Shown one piece after another: positions 47,442 through 58,900 of a stretch of 64,000 nt of DNA. The position numbers were made by a program, and so were the translations under genes. The DNA is from Bryobacterales bacterium. Its GTDB lineage: Bacteria > Acidobacteriota > Terriglobia > Bryobacterales > UBA6623. The notes beneath the pieces were generated by a model. The model searched no databases and was not told the origin of the DNA. It saw nothing but the letters and a program-made list of their open reading frames with translations. The stretch's first letter is position 1; each line of letters starts with the position of its first letter. Location: NCBI GenBank assembly GCA_965226385.1, contig OZ245359.1:3090545-3154544 (forward strand). The letters are read 5' to 3'.

Positions 47442-48872
47442 ATGTTTGAAAATCTTTCTGAGAAGCTGCAGCGCACGTTCAAGAACATGCGCGGACAGGG
47501 AAAGCTGACCGAAGAGAATATTCAGGAAGCCCTTGGGGAAATACGCCTGGCCCTGCTAGAGGCGGACGTTAATTTCAAGGTTGTCAAGCAACTTGTTGCC
47601 AATATCAAGGAGAAATCCCTTGGGCAGGAAGTGCTTTTGGCCTTCTCGCCTGTCGAACAGGTCATCAAGATCGTCAAGGATGAATTGACTGAGATTCTCG
47701 GTGCCAGCAAATCGAGGATCAAGGTCTCTTCAACCCCGCCATCGGTTTTCCTGGTTGTGGGATTGCAAGGCAGTGGCAAGACAACCTCAACAGGTAAGCT
47801 TGCTCTCTGGCTTTCCAAGAATGGGCATAGCCCCTTGCTGGTTTCCGTGGATGTCAGCCGACCGGCTGCTAGGGAACAACTTGCGATTGTTGCCGGCCAG
47901 ATTTCACAACCTGTTTATGACGGCAGGGAAGGCGAGACAACGCCTTTGCAACTGGCGAAGGGTGCCTTGCGAGAGGCCAGACAGACTGGTCGCGATGTGG
48001 TGCTTGTTGATACAGCAGGGCGACTCCATCTTGATGAACAACTGATGGAGGAACTTGAGCAGTTCAAGAAAGAACTCCGGCCTTCAGAAATCCTGTTTGT
48101 TGCAGATGCAATGACGGGACAGGATGCTGTGAAATCAGCCACAGAGTTCCACACCCGTCTGGATCTCAGCGGAACCATTCTCACCAAGTTGGATGGTGAT
48201 GCCAGAGGCGGCGCAGCACTATCCATACGAGAAGTCACAGGCTGTCCGATCAAGTTCATTGGTACAGGCGAAAAGCCCAGTGCTTTTGAAGTCTTTCACC
48301 CGGATCGCATTGTTTCCAGGTTGCTGGGAATGGGGGACATGCTCTCGTTGATTGAGAAGGTTGAGCAAGAAGTTGATGCATCTCAGGCTCTTGAGATGCA
48401 GGAAAAACTGTTGGCGAACCAGTTTACGCTTGAAGATTTTCGCAAGCAGCTGAAGCAGGTCAAGAAGCTCGGATCACTGCAGTCCATCATTGACATGTTG
48501 CCCAGTGCAGGCCCTTTCAAGGAACTCCAGAATGTGGATCTTGATCCCAAGGACCTTCTGCGCCCCGAAGCGATTATCAACTCGATGACAGCGAAAGAGC
48601 GGTACAATGCTGATATTCTCAATGGCAGCAGGCGTCGCCGTATCGCCATGGGTAGTGGTACATCAGTACAGCAGGTGAACCAACTACTTAAGCAGTACAG
48701 ACAGGCTCGCGATATGATGCGCGGTCTTGCACCAGGCACAGGCACAGGTGTCAAGAGCAGCAGGTTCAGCAAGAAGAGGAAGAAGAGAAGGAAGGGCAAA
48801 CGCTCTCATGTCCAGCGTCCGCTAGGCATGGATCCAACTGCAATGGATCTCAACAGGTTATTGGGCCGCTAG
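47442..48872 (+). CDS. ffh: Signal recognition particle protein Ffh
   Basis: MFENLSEKLQRTFKNMRGQGKLTEENI, GLQGSGKTTSTGKLA, DTAGRL, TKLDGDARGGAALS and an M-domain with a basic tail are all present. Confidence 0.95.
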   Translation: MFENLSEKLQRTFKNMRGQGKLTEENIQEALGEIRLALLEADVNFKVVKQLVANIKEKSLGQEVLLAFSPVEQVIKIVKDELTEILGASKSRIKVSSTPPSVFLVVGLQGSGKTTSTGKLALWLSKNGHSPLLVSVDVSRPAAREQLAIVAGQISQPVYDGREGETTPLQLAKGALREARQTGRDVVLVDTAGRLHLDEQLMEELEQFKKELRPSEILFVADAMTGQDAVKSATEFHTRLDLSGTILTKLDGDARGGAALSIREVTGCPIKFIGTGEKPSAFEVFHPDRIVSRLLGMGDMLSLIEKVEQEVDASQALEMQEKLLANQFTLEDFRKQLKQVKKLGSLQSIIDMLPSAGPFKELQNVDLDPKDLLRPEAIINSMTAKERYNADILNGSRRRRIAMGSGTSVQQVNQLLKQYRQARDMMRGLAPGTGTGVKSSRFSKKRKKRRKGKRSHVQRPLGMDPTAMDLNRLLGR

Positions 48873-48902
48873 CGGGTCTGAGGATATTTTTCGGAGGAAT
48901 GA

Positions 48903-49490
48903 ATGGTTGCAATCCGTCTGGCCCGTACAGGGGCCAAGAAGAAACCAAGCTACCGAGTTGTAGTGATCGATAAGCGCCGTGCGCGCGACAGTCGACATCT
49001 TGAGATTGTCGGACATTACAACCCCAGGCTGGATCCGATCGAGTTGGTGTTGAAGCGCGAGCGGATTGAATACTGGTTGGGTGTGGGAGCTCAGCCTTCG
49101 ACTACGGTTGAGCGTCTCGTCAAATACTTTGACGAGCATAGTGGCAATGTGCTGACAAGTGAAAAAGTTGCTACGAACGGGAACAATGCTGGCGTGGAAA
49201 CAGCAGCTGAATCCGTGCCTACAGAAGCAGCGGTTGAGACAGCGGAGGCTGCTGTAACTGATGTTGCAGATACAGCGGAAGCAGCAGAACCCGAGACTTT
49301 GGAAGCAGCCGTTGAAGAGACTCCTGAAGAACCAGCCGAGCCGGAAGCAGCTGCAATTGAAACTGAGTCTTCCGGGGAATCTTGGCCAATGATGGCTTCT
49401 GGAGATCATTCTGAAGGCGAAGAGGCTGTAATGGGTGAAGCTGACTCTGCTGGCGATGCAGTGGAGCAGGCCGAAAAGGAAGGCAGTTAG
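48903..49490 (+). CDS. rpsP: 30S ribosomal protein S16 with long acidic Ala/Glu-rich C-terminal extension
   Basis: The S16 core is MVAIRLARTGAKKKPSYRVVVIDKRRARDSRHLEIVGHYNP. It is followed by about 110 extra residues rich in A/E/T. Confidence 0.9.
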   Translation: MVAIRLARTGAKKKPSYRVVVIDKRRARDSRHLEIVGHYNPRLDPIELVLKRERIEYWLGVGAQPSTTVERLVKYFDEHSGNVLTSEKVATNGNNAGVETAAESVPTEAAVETAEAAVTDVADTAEAAEPETLEAAVEETPEEPAEPEAAAIETESSGESWPMMASGDHSEGEEAVMGEADSAGDAVEQAEKEGS

Positions 49491-49562
49491 TAGCTGCTGT
49501 TTGCAGGCTCAACTCATACCTGTTGTTTGCCTGCTAATTTTTTTACTGGAGACGAATTTATA

Positions 49563-49835
49563 ATGGATAAAAACAAGGAATCAGTGCTTGAATTGGTCGA
49601 GATTATCGCCAAAGCCCTGGTTGATAACCCCGATGATGTTGAGGTTGAAGTGGTTGAGGGCAATCAGTCCAGTGTTGTTGAGCTTTCCGTACATCCTTCG
49701 GATCTCGGAAAAGTAATCGGCAAGAAAGGACGTACAGCCAAGTCGGTTCGTACGCTCCTGGGGGCTGTGAGCATGAAGTTTGATCACCGCTTCTCCCTTG
49801 AAATTCTTGAAGACGACGACGAAGAAGAGGACTGA
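49563..49835 (+). CDS. KH-domain RNA-binding protein (YlqC/UPF0109 family)
   Basis: LVEIIAKALVDNPDDVEVEVVEG....VELSVHPSDLGKVIGKKGRTAKSVRTLL contains the GxxG KH motif. It occupies the conserved position between rpsP and rimM. Confidence 0.8.
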   Translation: MDKNKESVLELVEIIAKALVDNPDDVEVEVVEGNQSSVVELSVHPSDLGKVIGKKGRTAKSVRTLLGAVSMKFDHRFSLEILEDDDEEED

Positions 49836-49853
49836 GTTCAGAGGCTGCCCGTC

Positions 49854-50399
49854 ATGGTGCAGATGAAGGGGGATACGGATTACCGGGTTCTTGCCAGGAT
49901 TACCCGCCCGCGCGGTAACAAGGGTGAAGTAGCGGCGGATAACCTTGCAGGAGGATTGGGTTTCTTTAAAACGGGAAAGGCATACAGTGTAGTCCTGGCG
50001 AACCTGCAAGATCAGGCACTTGTGATTGATCATGTCTGGGAACACAACGGTCGGCTGATCCTGAAGTTTGCTGGTGTCGAGACGATTTCCGCTGCAGAGA
50101 AACTCAGATCTGCCGTGATCCGGATTGCAAAGGATGAGTTGGAGCCGCTGCAGGCAGGAGAGTACTTCCTGGACGACCTGATCGGTTGCAGGCTGGAGGA
50201 CGAATCTACAGGGAAAGAGGTTGGTGTTGTCTGTGAAGTGCATGAGCCACCCGCTGGAGCATTGCTTTTTGAAGTCGTGGACAGTCAACAGAAAAAGATG
50301 TTAGTGCCATTTGTAAATGAAATATGCCTTGAGATTGATTGCAAGGCACAACGTATTCTGGTTCGTTTGCCTGATGGCTTGGAGGAGTTGAAGATTTGA
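49854..50399 (+). CDS. rimM: 16S rRNA processing protein RimM
   Basis: ARITRPRGNKGEV... and ...YFLDDLIGCRLED are RimM/PRC-barrel blocks. The operon context supports the call. Confidence 0.85.
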   Translation: MVQMKGDTDYRVLARITRPRGNKGEVAADNLAGGLGFFKTGKAYSVVLANLQDQALVIDHVWEHNGRLILKFAGVETISAAEKLRSAVIRIAKDELEPLQAGEYFLDDLIGCRLEDESTGKEVGVVCEVHEPPAGALLFEVVDSQQKKMLVPFVNEICLEIDCKAQRILVRLPDGLEELKI

Positions 50400-50400
50400 T

Positions 50401-51162
50401 GTGACGTTCCACATTGTGACGATTTTTCCGGATTTTTTTCTGGGCTCGGTTTCCTGTGGCATCTTGTCAAGAGCACGCAAGACAGGGTTGGTTGATATTC
50501 GGATTCATGATCTGCGGGGCTGGACCAGTGATGTGCACAGGACGGTTGATGACAGACCATTTGGTGGAGATGAAGGCATGGTAATTAAGGTTGAACCCAT
50601 TGACAGTGCCCTCTCGGATATCACCCGGGAGAATCAGCAAGGGTCAGTACACAAGGTCTTGCTATCTGCGCAGGGCAAGCTGTTCGATCAGTCAGCAGCA
50701 ATGCGACTGGCAGACAAGGATGAGGTGGTTCTCGTGTGTGGACGCTATGAAGGCGTTGATGAAAGAGTAGCGAAATACCTCGTCGACGAGGAACTTGCCA
50801 TCGGCAATTACGTACTTAGTGGTGGCGAGTGGGCAGCTGGTGTAATTGTGGATAGTGTGTCGAGGTTGCTACCAGATGCCGTGGGGAATAAGGATTCGAC
50901 CCGGCACGAGTCGTTTGCACCCCTTGAGGACGGTGCTGTGGGTATTCTTGATTTTCCACAGTACACACGCCCAGCAAGGTTTGTTCCGCAACAGGAAGGT
51001 GAAGATTCCTGGGATGTTCCTGACGTGTTGCTAAGCGGACACCATCAAAAGATTGCAGAGTGGCGCAAAAGTGCTGCTCTGGAGAAAACCCGTTGCAACC
51101 GACCAGATCTTCTGGATCAGGCCGATGTTGCGATTGAGGATGTAGAGAGGACAGGGAACTAG
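50401..51162 (+). CDS. trmD: tRNA (guanine37-N1)-methyltransferase TrmD
   Basis: FHIVTIFPDFF, DDRPFGGDEGMV, CGRYEGVDERV and VLSGGEWAA are present. GTG start. Confidence 0.9.
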   Translation: MTFHIVTIFPDFFLGSVSCGILSRARKTGLVDIRIHDLRGWTSDVHRTVDDRPFGGDEGMVIKVEPIDSALSDITRENQQGSVHKVLLSAQGKLFDQSAAMRLADKDEVVLVCGRYEGVDERVAKYLVDEELAIGNYVLSGGEWAAGVIVDSVSRLLPDAVGNKDSTRHESFAPLEDGAVGILDFPQYTRPARFVPQQEGEDSWDVPDVLLSGHHQKIAEWRKSAALEKTRCNRPDLLDQADVAIEDVERTGN

Positions 51163-51223
51163 AAAGATTGGGCTGACTGCCATTCAGGCACCAAGCCAGT
51201 CATTGAATTCTTGAGGAAATAAC

Positions 51224-51577
51224 ATGCAGAACGCGATGATTGAAAAAGTTGAACAGGCTCATAGTAAGCCTTCCATCGAAAAGCTTGAGCCTGGAGATCA
51301 GATCAAGGTTCACGTCAAGATCCGTGAGGGCGAGAAAGAGCGTATCCAGGTATTCGAGGGAATCCTGCTTGCCCGCAACAATACTGGCATCCGTGAAACC
51401 ATTACGGTCCGCAAGGTCAGCTTCGGGCAAGGAGTAGAAAGGATTTTTCCGCTCCACTCACCGCTCATTGACAAGATAGAAGTTGTCAAACGCAACAAGG
51501 TCCGCCGAGCGAAGCTTTATTACCTGCGCAAGCTCAAGGGCAAGGCAGCCAGGCTCAAGGAACGGGGACGCCGCTAG
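51224..51577 (+). CDS. rplS: 50S ribosomal protein L19
   Basis: [56 protein letters not shown]. Confidence 0.95.
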   Translation: MQNAMIEKVEQAHSKPSIEKLEPGDQIKVHVKIREGEKERIQVFEGILLARNNTGIRETITVRKVSFGQGVERIFPLHSPLIDKIEVVKRNKVRRAKLYYLRKLKGKAARLKERGRR

Positions 51578-51652
51578 AGCAGCAGACGGGACAACCGCAT
51601 TGTAGTGAGTCCAAAGCATGCTCGGCTCCAAAGAGCTGGCCTCTGAAATAGA

Positions 51653-54180
51653 TCAGGACAGTTCAGGTGAATGTGTATCTGAGTTGGACAGCAGACTGAC
51701 CAGCAGACCAACTCCTACACATGTCAGGATGCCCACCATTCCATAGAGGAAAAAGTGCAGGTTGGTATTTTGCTGTACCCAGAACAGGACAACCACACTT
51801 GTCAATGCACCTGTGATCGCTCCCCGGCTATTTGCACTGCGGAAGAAAATTCCCAACCCAAACAGGCCGGCAAGACCACCTCCCAGTAACCCCATCATGC
51901 CTTGGAAGGCATCCCACAGGGAACCGATTTCGAATGTTGCCAAGGCGATTGATGTTGCGGTTGCAATGATCCCCAATCCCGCTGTAATGATCCTTGCCAG
52001 CCAGAGCCGACTGGCATCACTGGAAGCTGGCCGGAAGCACACATAGAAATCAGTGACCACAGCTGCCGAAACACTGTTCAGGCTGCTGTCGAGTGTCGAC
52101 ATCGAAGCAGCGAATAGAGCTGCAATCAACAGTCCGGCAACTCCAGCCGGTAACTGCTGTGAGATAAACAGCGGGAAGATGGAATCGGTTGGCAGGGCAG
52201 GGTTCAGCAGTCCCGGGTTTGCACGATAGAAAGCCCATAGCCCTGTACCCAGCAGGAAAAGCGTCAGAGTTGATGGAATGATCAGGATCGCATTTGTCCA
52301 GATGGATCGTGCTGCAGCTTTTTCATCCTTTGTCGTGAAATAACGCTGTACAACAGCTTGATCCGAGGTGTAGGGCACCAGGTTCAGGAACAGGTTGCCG
52401 ACCAGTACCACCCAGACAGCGGTTGTTGTCCAGTCCCAGGTCCAGTTAAACATGTGAAACTTGTCATACTCCATGCCAGTAGACAGGATTCCTGTCAGCC
52501 CACCCTCCGTTTTCATTACAAGAATGAGCAGGCTCAAAAGTGCGCCCCCATATAAAACAAATACTTGAACAACATCTGTCCAGATTACGACTGTGATCCC
52601 ACCCATGACGGTATACAAGGTGGCAAGCAGCCCCATCACAAGAATGCATGTGTAGACACTGATTCCGGTAACAGTAGAGAGTGCAATTGCCGGCAGGAAC
52701 AGGACGATCGCCATTCGTCCAAGCTGGTAAAGGATAAATGACAAGCTGGCATACAACTCACTTGCAGGTTGAATCTGCTCTCTAGATACTCATAGGCGCT
52801 CATCATCTTGACCCTTCGGAAATGGGGCAAGTAGAAGAACACCACAGGGAATGCCACCAGCACTATTGACATCTGGATCAGGAAGTAACCCCAGTCAGTT
52901 GAGTAGATCTTGGCGGGGATGGCCATGAAGCTGATAGATGACAACTGGGTCCCGAAAATCGAAAGGCCAGTTGCCCACCAGGGCATACGTTGGCCTGCCA
53001 GGAAAAACTCATCAGTACTGGACCGCTTGCCTGCGTAGTAGAGACCCATCATGACCAGGACTGAGAAATAGGAGATCAGTATGGCGTAATCCAGCATTGC
53101 GAAACTGGACTCAGTAGCCGAAAGAATTCCGGAAAGCACCGTAGCGACGCTGAGCCCTGAGTTGCTGGCACCTCCTGGAATGGTCAGGGTCTCTTGCCAA
53201 GAGACGGCACTTGTCATGCCTAGCCCACTTGGTATTTGCTCTAGTTCTACCCATGTATCCGTGATGGTGTGATAGCTATGGACTGTGCTGGAAAAACTGA
53301 GCGGTGTTGGTCCTGGACTGGTATCTATCCCCTGGGTTGAGCTGCTATCCCCTCCCAGTACAAGGACATGTGAAGGACCGAGGGGAGCAGCAACGGCTCC
53401 AAATGCCTGGTGAGGGAAATCTGCTATACGAGTCCAGCCCTGATCAGGATGATACCGGTGGGAATCACTGAGGCTGTGAAGTATCGGGTTACTGCCGGTA
53501 TCTGTGGATAGTGCTGCACCACCTAACAGGTAAAGAGTTCCATCCTGAGCAACAAGGGAAGCCAGGATGCGTTCTGGTCCACTCCATGAACCAGCAGTTT
53601 TCCAGACCGGTATGGGCTCACTTGGGTCGAAAGTAACAAGACTGTTCAGAGCACTGGTCGAGGATGGTGCATTCTGACCACCAGCCAGGTAAAGAACGTT
53701 GTTGAGTACCGCAGCAGTTGCGTACGCACAGGGTTGCGTTAAAGCTGGTAGCGGTTCATATACGAGATCTTCACCTTCAAAGCGAATCCGCCAGACTGAG
53801 TCGTGATGATTGTTTCCGTCTGTTCCGCCTGCGAATACAGCATAGTCACCAAACGAGGCTACTCCACCAAAAGCCAGAGGTTGTGGCAGTGGAGTTGTTG
53901 GGCGCCATGTCCCGGAAGGTGTTTCCAGCACCCAGGCATGATCCAGGACAACAGCTTCGCCATCTTGTGGCAAGGGAGCACTATTGCGTGATCCACCGGC
54001 AACAACCAGCCTGTCGTCAATAACGGCGATGAAGGCGCCGGCAGTCCCTGCAGAATCCGGTAACTCGGCCAACTGCGACCATGCCAGTGGCTCACCGGTC
54101 ACACCCTGGAGAGTCCCGGTAGCAAGGACCAAAAGCCCAAGGGTCAATGCAGCACACTTGAATTGCAGCAGGCCGTCCAA
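51653..54180 (-). pseudogene. Kelch/beta-propeller (NanM-like) domain fused to a sodium:solute symporter (SSS family), split by a 1-nt frameshift
   Basis: Track ORFs 52636..54180 and 51653..52756 overlap. The N-frame reads ...YEYLESRFNLQVSCMPAC and the C-frame continues ...LYASLSFILYQLGRMAIVLFLPA. The indel lies within about 52745-52765. The signal peptide uses a TTG start. This may be a sequencing error rather than a true pseudogene. Confidence 0.8.
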
Positions 54181-54316
54181 ACTTCATCAATCCTACCGGA
54201 ATGTTGTCACCGGTATGAACCATCCATGACTGTCCTGCGGGTCTATCAATGCTTGATTGCAAATGAAGGGGTGGCTGGTGATGAGACAGATACGCCCGTT
54301 GAATGATGTGCCAGTT

Positions 54317-55750
54317 TCAGAGGCGGTGCTCTTTCCAGCTTCCACGCTGGAAGAACATATAACCGACCGCGACCCAGATCAAACCTGAGGACACTACAGC
54401 CCCGTACATGCCTATCACGCCCATACCGTAAGGCTTGGCAAGGAAGTACCCCAAGGGTAACTGCCAGAACCAGTAGCAGAAGAAGTTGATCCATGCCGGA
54501 GTGGTTGTATCGCCAGCGCCGTTAAACGCCTGGGCAAAGACCATTGAAAACCCTCCGAAGATATATCCAGTACTGAGTATCTTAAGGCTAAGGATGCCGC
54601 TTGCTATGACTTCAGGCTCGCTTGTAAAAAACCGTACTAGCGGGCCGGAAAAGCTCCAGAAGATGATAGTGATCACGCTGAGCATGCCCACATTCACAAA
54701 CCCGGTCAGCCATACGGCGCGTTCAGCTCTATCCGGTTTTTTGGCTCCAAGGTTCTGCCCCACCAGGGTTGCCGCAGCGTTGCTGACTCCCCATGAAGGC
54801 AGGATGGCAAAATGGATCAGACGCAGGGTAACTGTATAGCCAGCTAATGTCGTCTCTCCAAACAAAGCGACAATACGCGTCACACCAAGCCAGGCAGCTG
54901 TTGCTACCAGGAACTGCAACATGCCGGTAGTGGATACGTTCAGTAACTGACGAAAGATAACTGGATTCCAACGCTTGTCTGCACCCACAAGGGTAATCCG
55001 GGCATCGGGGCGGAACATCTTGGCTAGCTGGTACATAACTCCCACACTGCGACCCACTGTGGTTGCGATGGCTGCACCCAACAGGCCCAATGCCGGGATG
55101 GGCCCTGCCCCGAAGATCAACAGTGGGTCAAGGACAATGTTGATCAGGTTTGCGATCCACAGTGCTCTCATGGCCACGGGTGCATCCCCTGCACCCCTGA
55201 AGATGGCATTGTTCAAAAACAGCAGGAAAATCGTGACCGAACCGGCAAACAGAATAGTTGTGTACATATAGCCGGCAACAACTTCTTCCGAACCACCCAT
55301 CCAGCGCAACATATTGGGAGCCAGCAGGCTGCCGCACAGGCTAATGGGGATGGAGATAAAAACGCCGGTCATGATGGCGTGCCAGGCCACTGAAGCTGCG
55401 ACCTCCGGTTTTCCTTCTCCAATGCGTCTGGACACCAGGGCGGTGGTGCCCATGCAAAATCCCATGATGATGGCAAAGACCAGGATGATGACCGCTGCTG
55501 TCAGCCCTACAGTTGCAATGGATGCGGAGCCAAGTTTGCTAACAAAGTAAATGTCCACAAGCCCGAAAGTGGATTCCATGACGAGCTCAAGCATCATAGG
55601 TATCGCAAGCATCACGATGGCCTGTGGTATCGGAATTTTTGTGTAATCCGCTCGCGTACCCCGGAAGGCAGAGGGTACGGCACGCAAGAGCGAGATGACT
55701 AGAGTCTTCAGATCAGCAGACTGTTGCCCTGGAGTAGTGTCCTGTCCCAT
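54317..55750 (-). CDS. MATE family efflux transporter
   Basis: There are 12 predicted hydrophobic segments. IPQAIVMLAIPMMLELVMESTFGLVDIYFVSKLG is a typical MatE N-terminus. The start is taken at MGQDTTPG. Confidence 0.85.
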   Translation of the reverse strand: MGQDTTPGQQSADLKTLVISLLRAVPSAFRGTRADYTKIPIPQAIVMLAIPMMLELVMESTFGLVDIYFVSKLGSASIATVGLTAAVIILVFAIIMGFCMGTTALVSRRIGEGKPEVAASVAWHAIMTGVFISIPISLCGSLLAPNMLRWMGGSEEVVAGYMYTTILFAGSVTIFLLFLNNAIFRGAGDAPVAMRALWIANLINIVLDPLLIFGAGPIPALGLLGAAIATTVGRSVGVMYQLAKMFRPDARITLVGADKRWNPVIFRQLLNVSTTGMLQFLVATAAWLGVTRIVALFGETTLAGYTVTLRLIHFAILPSWGVSNAAATLVGQNLGAKKPDRAERAVWLTGFVNVGMLSVITIIFWSFSGPLVRFFTSEPEVIASGILSLKILSTGYIFGGFSMVFAQAFNGAGDTTTPAWINFFCYWFWQLPLGYFLAKPYGMGVIGMYGAVVSSGLIWVAVGYMFFQRGSWKEHRL

Positions 55751-55942
55751 TGATAATTTAGGACTGTAGTAGGAAGTAACGAGCCAAAGATTTATTGTCA
55801 CACGGACATACAACTTCAATCGATCCTGACATCGGTCCCTAGTCGATTTGTCTCAGGTGGCCAGCGATGCCGCCGACTTCTGTAAAGCAAGGTCCGCTGC
55901 GGGTTTGACTTGTCAATTAAGCCTAGCTGTCCTGAAACGTGA

Positions 55943-58900
55943 TTACTGTATATCTGAGTTGCCTTGTAACTCCGCTTGCTTGAGAACCCAATTGTGCAGT
56001 ATCTGGAATCCGTCATCGTCGGGTTCGTAACGCTGCCCTCCCTGATGGCCTTCTTCTTGCCCACTTTGTATGTTCAGGGGTTTGCGGAGAAAGAGGCTCA
56101 GTTCCGGATTGTCAATTTCTACCCTTTCCTGTAACTTGCGATAGTTCGCCAGCAATTCGGCTGGACCGATATGCCCTGCGCCATCAGGCGGGTTCAGGTA
56201 CAACGTGGGAACCCTGCCCGGAACCCCGTGACAGGAAATGCAGGCGTGGTTGTCATGCTCGCTGATCTTGTTCATCTCAAAGAAAACATGGTCCTTGAAA
56301 TAAAGGATGTCCTGAATGAACTCGTCAGTTGGCTCAAGACGGCGCACAATCGTTTTAGATGAATCCTGTGCCTCCTGCTTGATCAGGTCACGAAGATCCT
56401 TTCCATACTGCTCGTCATCATTGGCCAGCAGGTTTTCCAGGCGAGTTCGGATTATTGCGACAGGCTCTTGTTCTACATAAGACATTACCGTCTTACGGAG
56501 TTCAGGATTGCGTCTCAGGGCCGGGGCCCCTGCCAGATTTACTGCAATCTCTCGTATCTCAACGGGGGTGTCAGGAGAGAACCAGCGTATGAACATGTCC
56601 AATACGTGTATTTTTGCGGCGATGATCGGGTCAATGCCCTCGCCTCCTGGCCCGTCCTGTTCGGATATTATCTCGGCACTAAGGTTAGGGGCAAGCTTGA
56701 GATAGTCGATGCCGAATTTGTACTCCGGTTCTGCAACCTCGCTTGTTCCGAACATCTTGATGGTGAGAACGCTGCGGCCTTTTGGTAACTCGAAAACACC
56801 CAGTGCCATGGGGCCAGTGGAAGTCACTTCCGGGCGGTAGAGGTCGAGATGCTCAGCGATAACGCGTCCGTTGAAACTTATCTCGACAATCCCATGCGAA
56901 GCGCCATAGAGGAATGCACCAATGAGATCGTATGAACCAGGCTGGGGAACTTCCAGGGCGAAAGATAGCTGTGCTCCTGTTTTGCCCTCTTCCCAGAGGA
57001 GTGCGCCGTTGTGGCTTGCGACCCCACCTGGGATCGTCTGTTCCGTTGTCCTTCCAAAAGTGAGTTGTGTGATTTCCAGTTCTTCAGCCTCCAGCGCACC
57101 CTCAATCGCCTCATCGAGTGTGGGTCCTCCCTCTTGATAAGACAGCATCCATTCGGTAGAGTCGAGCCAGAGCCGTGGATCGCTCGAGAGGTGACTGAAT
57201 GCTTCCTTGCGATGAAGTGTCCGATTCTCACCCAGAATGCGAGCAACCAGATTTTTGGGCAGTTTTGTGGTATCACCAAGTCCAGTCTGGGTTGCCGGAC
57301 GTCCCAGCGAGCTTGCTGGTATGACTTCTCGGTTGGATCTCGCGGTCTCGCTTATCCCTTGCAACATGCGATAAAAGGCGGATTCTTCATCCTCGGCGAT
57401 GCCTTCAAAGTCCCATTTCACTCGTGCCAGGAAGTTCGCCACAGCATCCGCATCTAACTCTCTTCCGGCTGCTGCATATTGGGTCATCACCCGCAGCAAG
57501 GGCTCTAACATGCTGGTGAGGGCAGGCAGGGATAGTTCGCCAGGATTCGAGAGGGCGCGTGCTGCAATAGCAACAATGTCCTGATCGGCAGTCAGTAACA
57601 GTTCGAGAATTGTGTCCTGTAGCGGTTGGTATGTGATATTCCTAGCACCTTCCAGGGCAATCGTTTTCCAAGGGGTCTTGCCCTCAATTTCGTTTTCGTA
57701 TACCTCAAGAACTGCCTTACCGTAGAGCTCAGCCGCACCGGGTGTACTGTAGGCAAACTGGCCTGGGCTTTGCTGATTGGATCGCTCCATATAGTGTGAG
57801 GCTGCCATTGCGGTCAGCCGACGATCGACAAGCCTGCGCTCTTCCACCGTCGCAGACTCACGCCATAGAGCAAGATCCTGATACAGGGTTGAGAGTTCGG
57901 GGTATTGCTGTTCGAGGTACTTGTCGCTGGTGATGTTGTTCATTTGCCCGTTTACGATAAACAGTGAAATGGTCGAATAGCGCAATGCCATGTCCACGTT
58001 GGCTTCGGGTTCCGGGCGGGTCAACACGTCAAGCCAAGCCCGATTGATGGGCTCGCGCAGTGATGGATTCCATACCCACCAGTGCCAGGCAGCCTTGCTG
58101 GCATAGGCCCTTACGCCGGGATGATGATCGACCATTCCCGCAGTAAGTACACTTGTCAACTCGGTGCTGTCTGCTTTGCTATTCGAGCCAGCCAGGTAAG
58201 CTCGGGTGATCAGTGCATGGAAGACGGACTGACGGGCCCGGTCGTTTCCGTTGCGGTATGTGTCAAAGAGAGCTTCCCATCCCACATCGTCGAGCAGAAG
58301 CTGGCGTAATGACCAGAAAGCCGCTTCCCTGCAGCTCTTGACCGGATCATCGAAGTGTTGGACGAGGGTCGGGACGGCTGCAGGGACCCTAGCCCCTCCC
58401 AGCCCCAGCAAGCCGTAGAGTCTTACCTGTGGATGGCTGCTCTGTGCTGCCTTGATGTACAGGTCTGCGAAACGCGGGTCCCCTGTTGCCTGGGCATTTC
58501 TGGCACGCATCAGGGATGCCAGAAAGGAATTGTCAGCACGGGGTTCAAACTCTTCGCTGGATTGTTCTTGCGGTTTATTTGGATAAAGTCGCCCGAGAGC
58601 ACGTAGCACGTACGCAGTGGTCACGAAACCGGTTGCAGCCGCTGCATTCCACAATCCGTAGGGGTACTGATTCTGCAACAGCCATTGAACGCCCTTCTGG
58701 ATTACTGGATCGTCCGGTCTGTATCCAGCAGCTTCCAGTGCGATCAGGGATACAGCTGTAGGTGCTGGGTAACTGTTGTCCGCGGGGCGCACCCATTCTC
58801 CATCCTCGTTTTCATGACCGGGGATGAAGCCCCATCCACCGTCCTCATGTTGTAGTGCAAGTACTCGACGCAGATCCTTCGAGACCATGTTTTTGAAATC

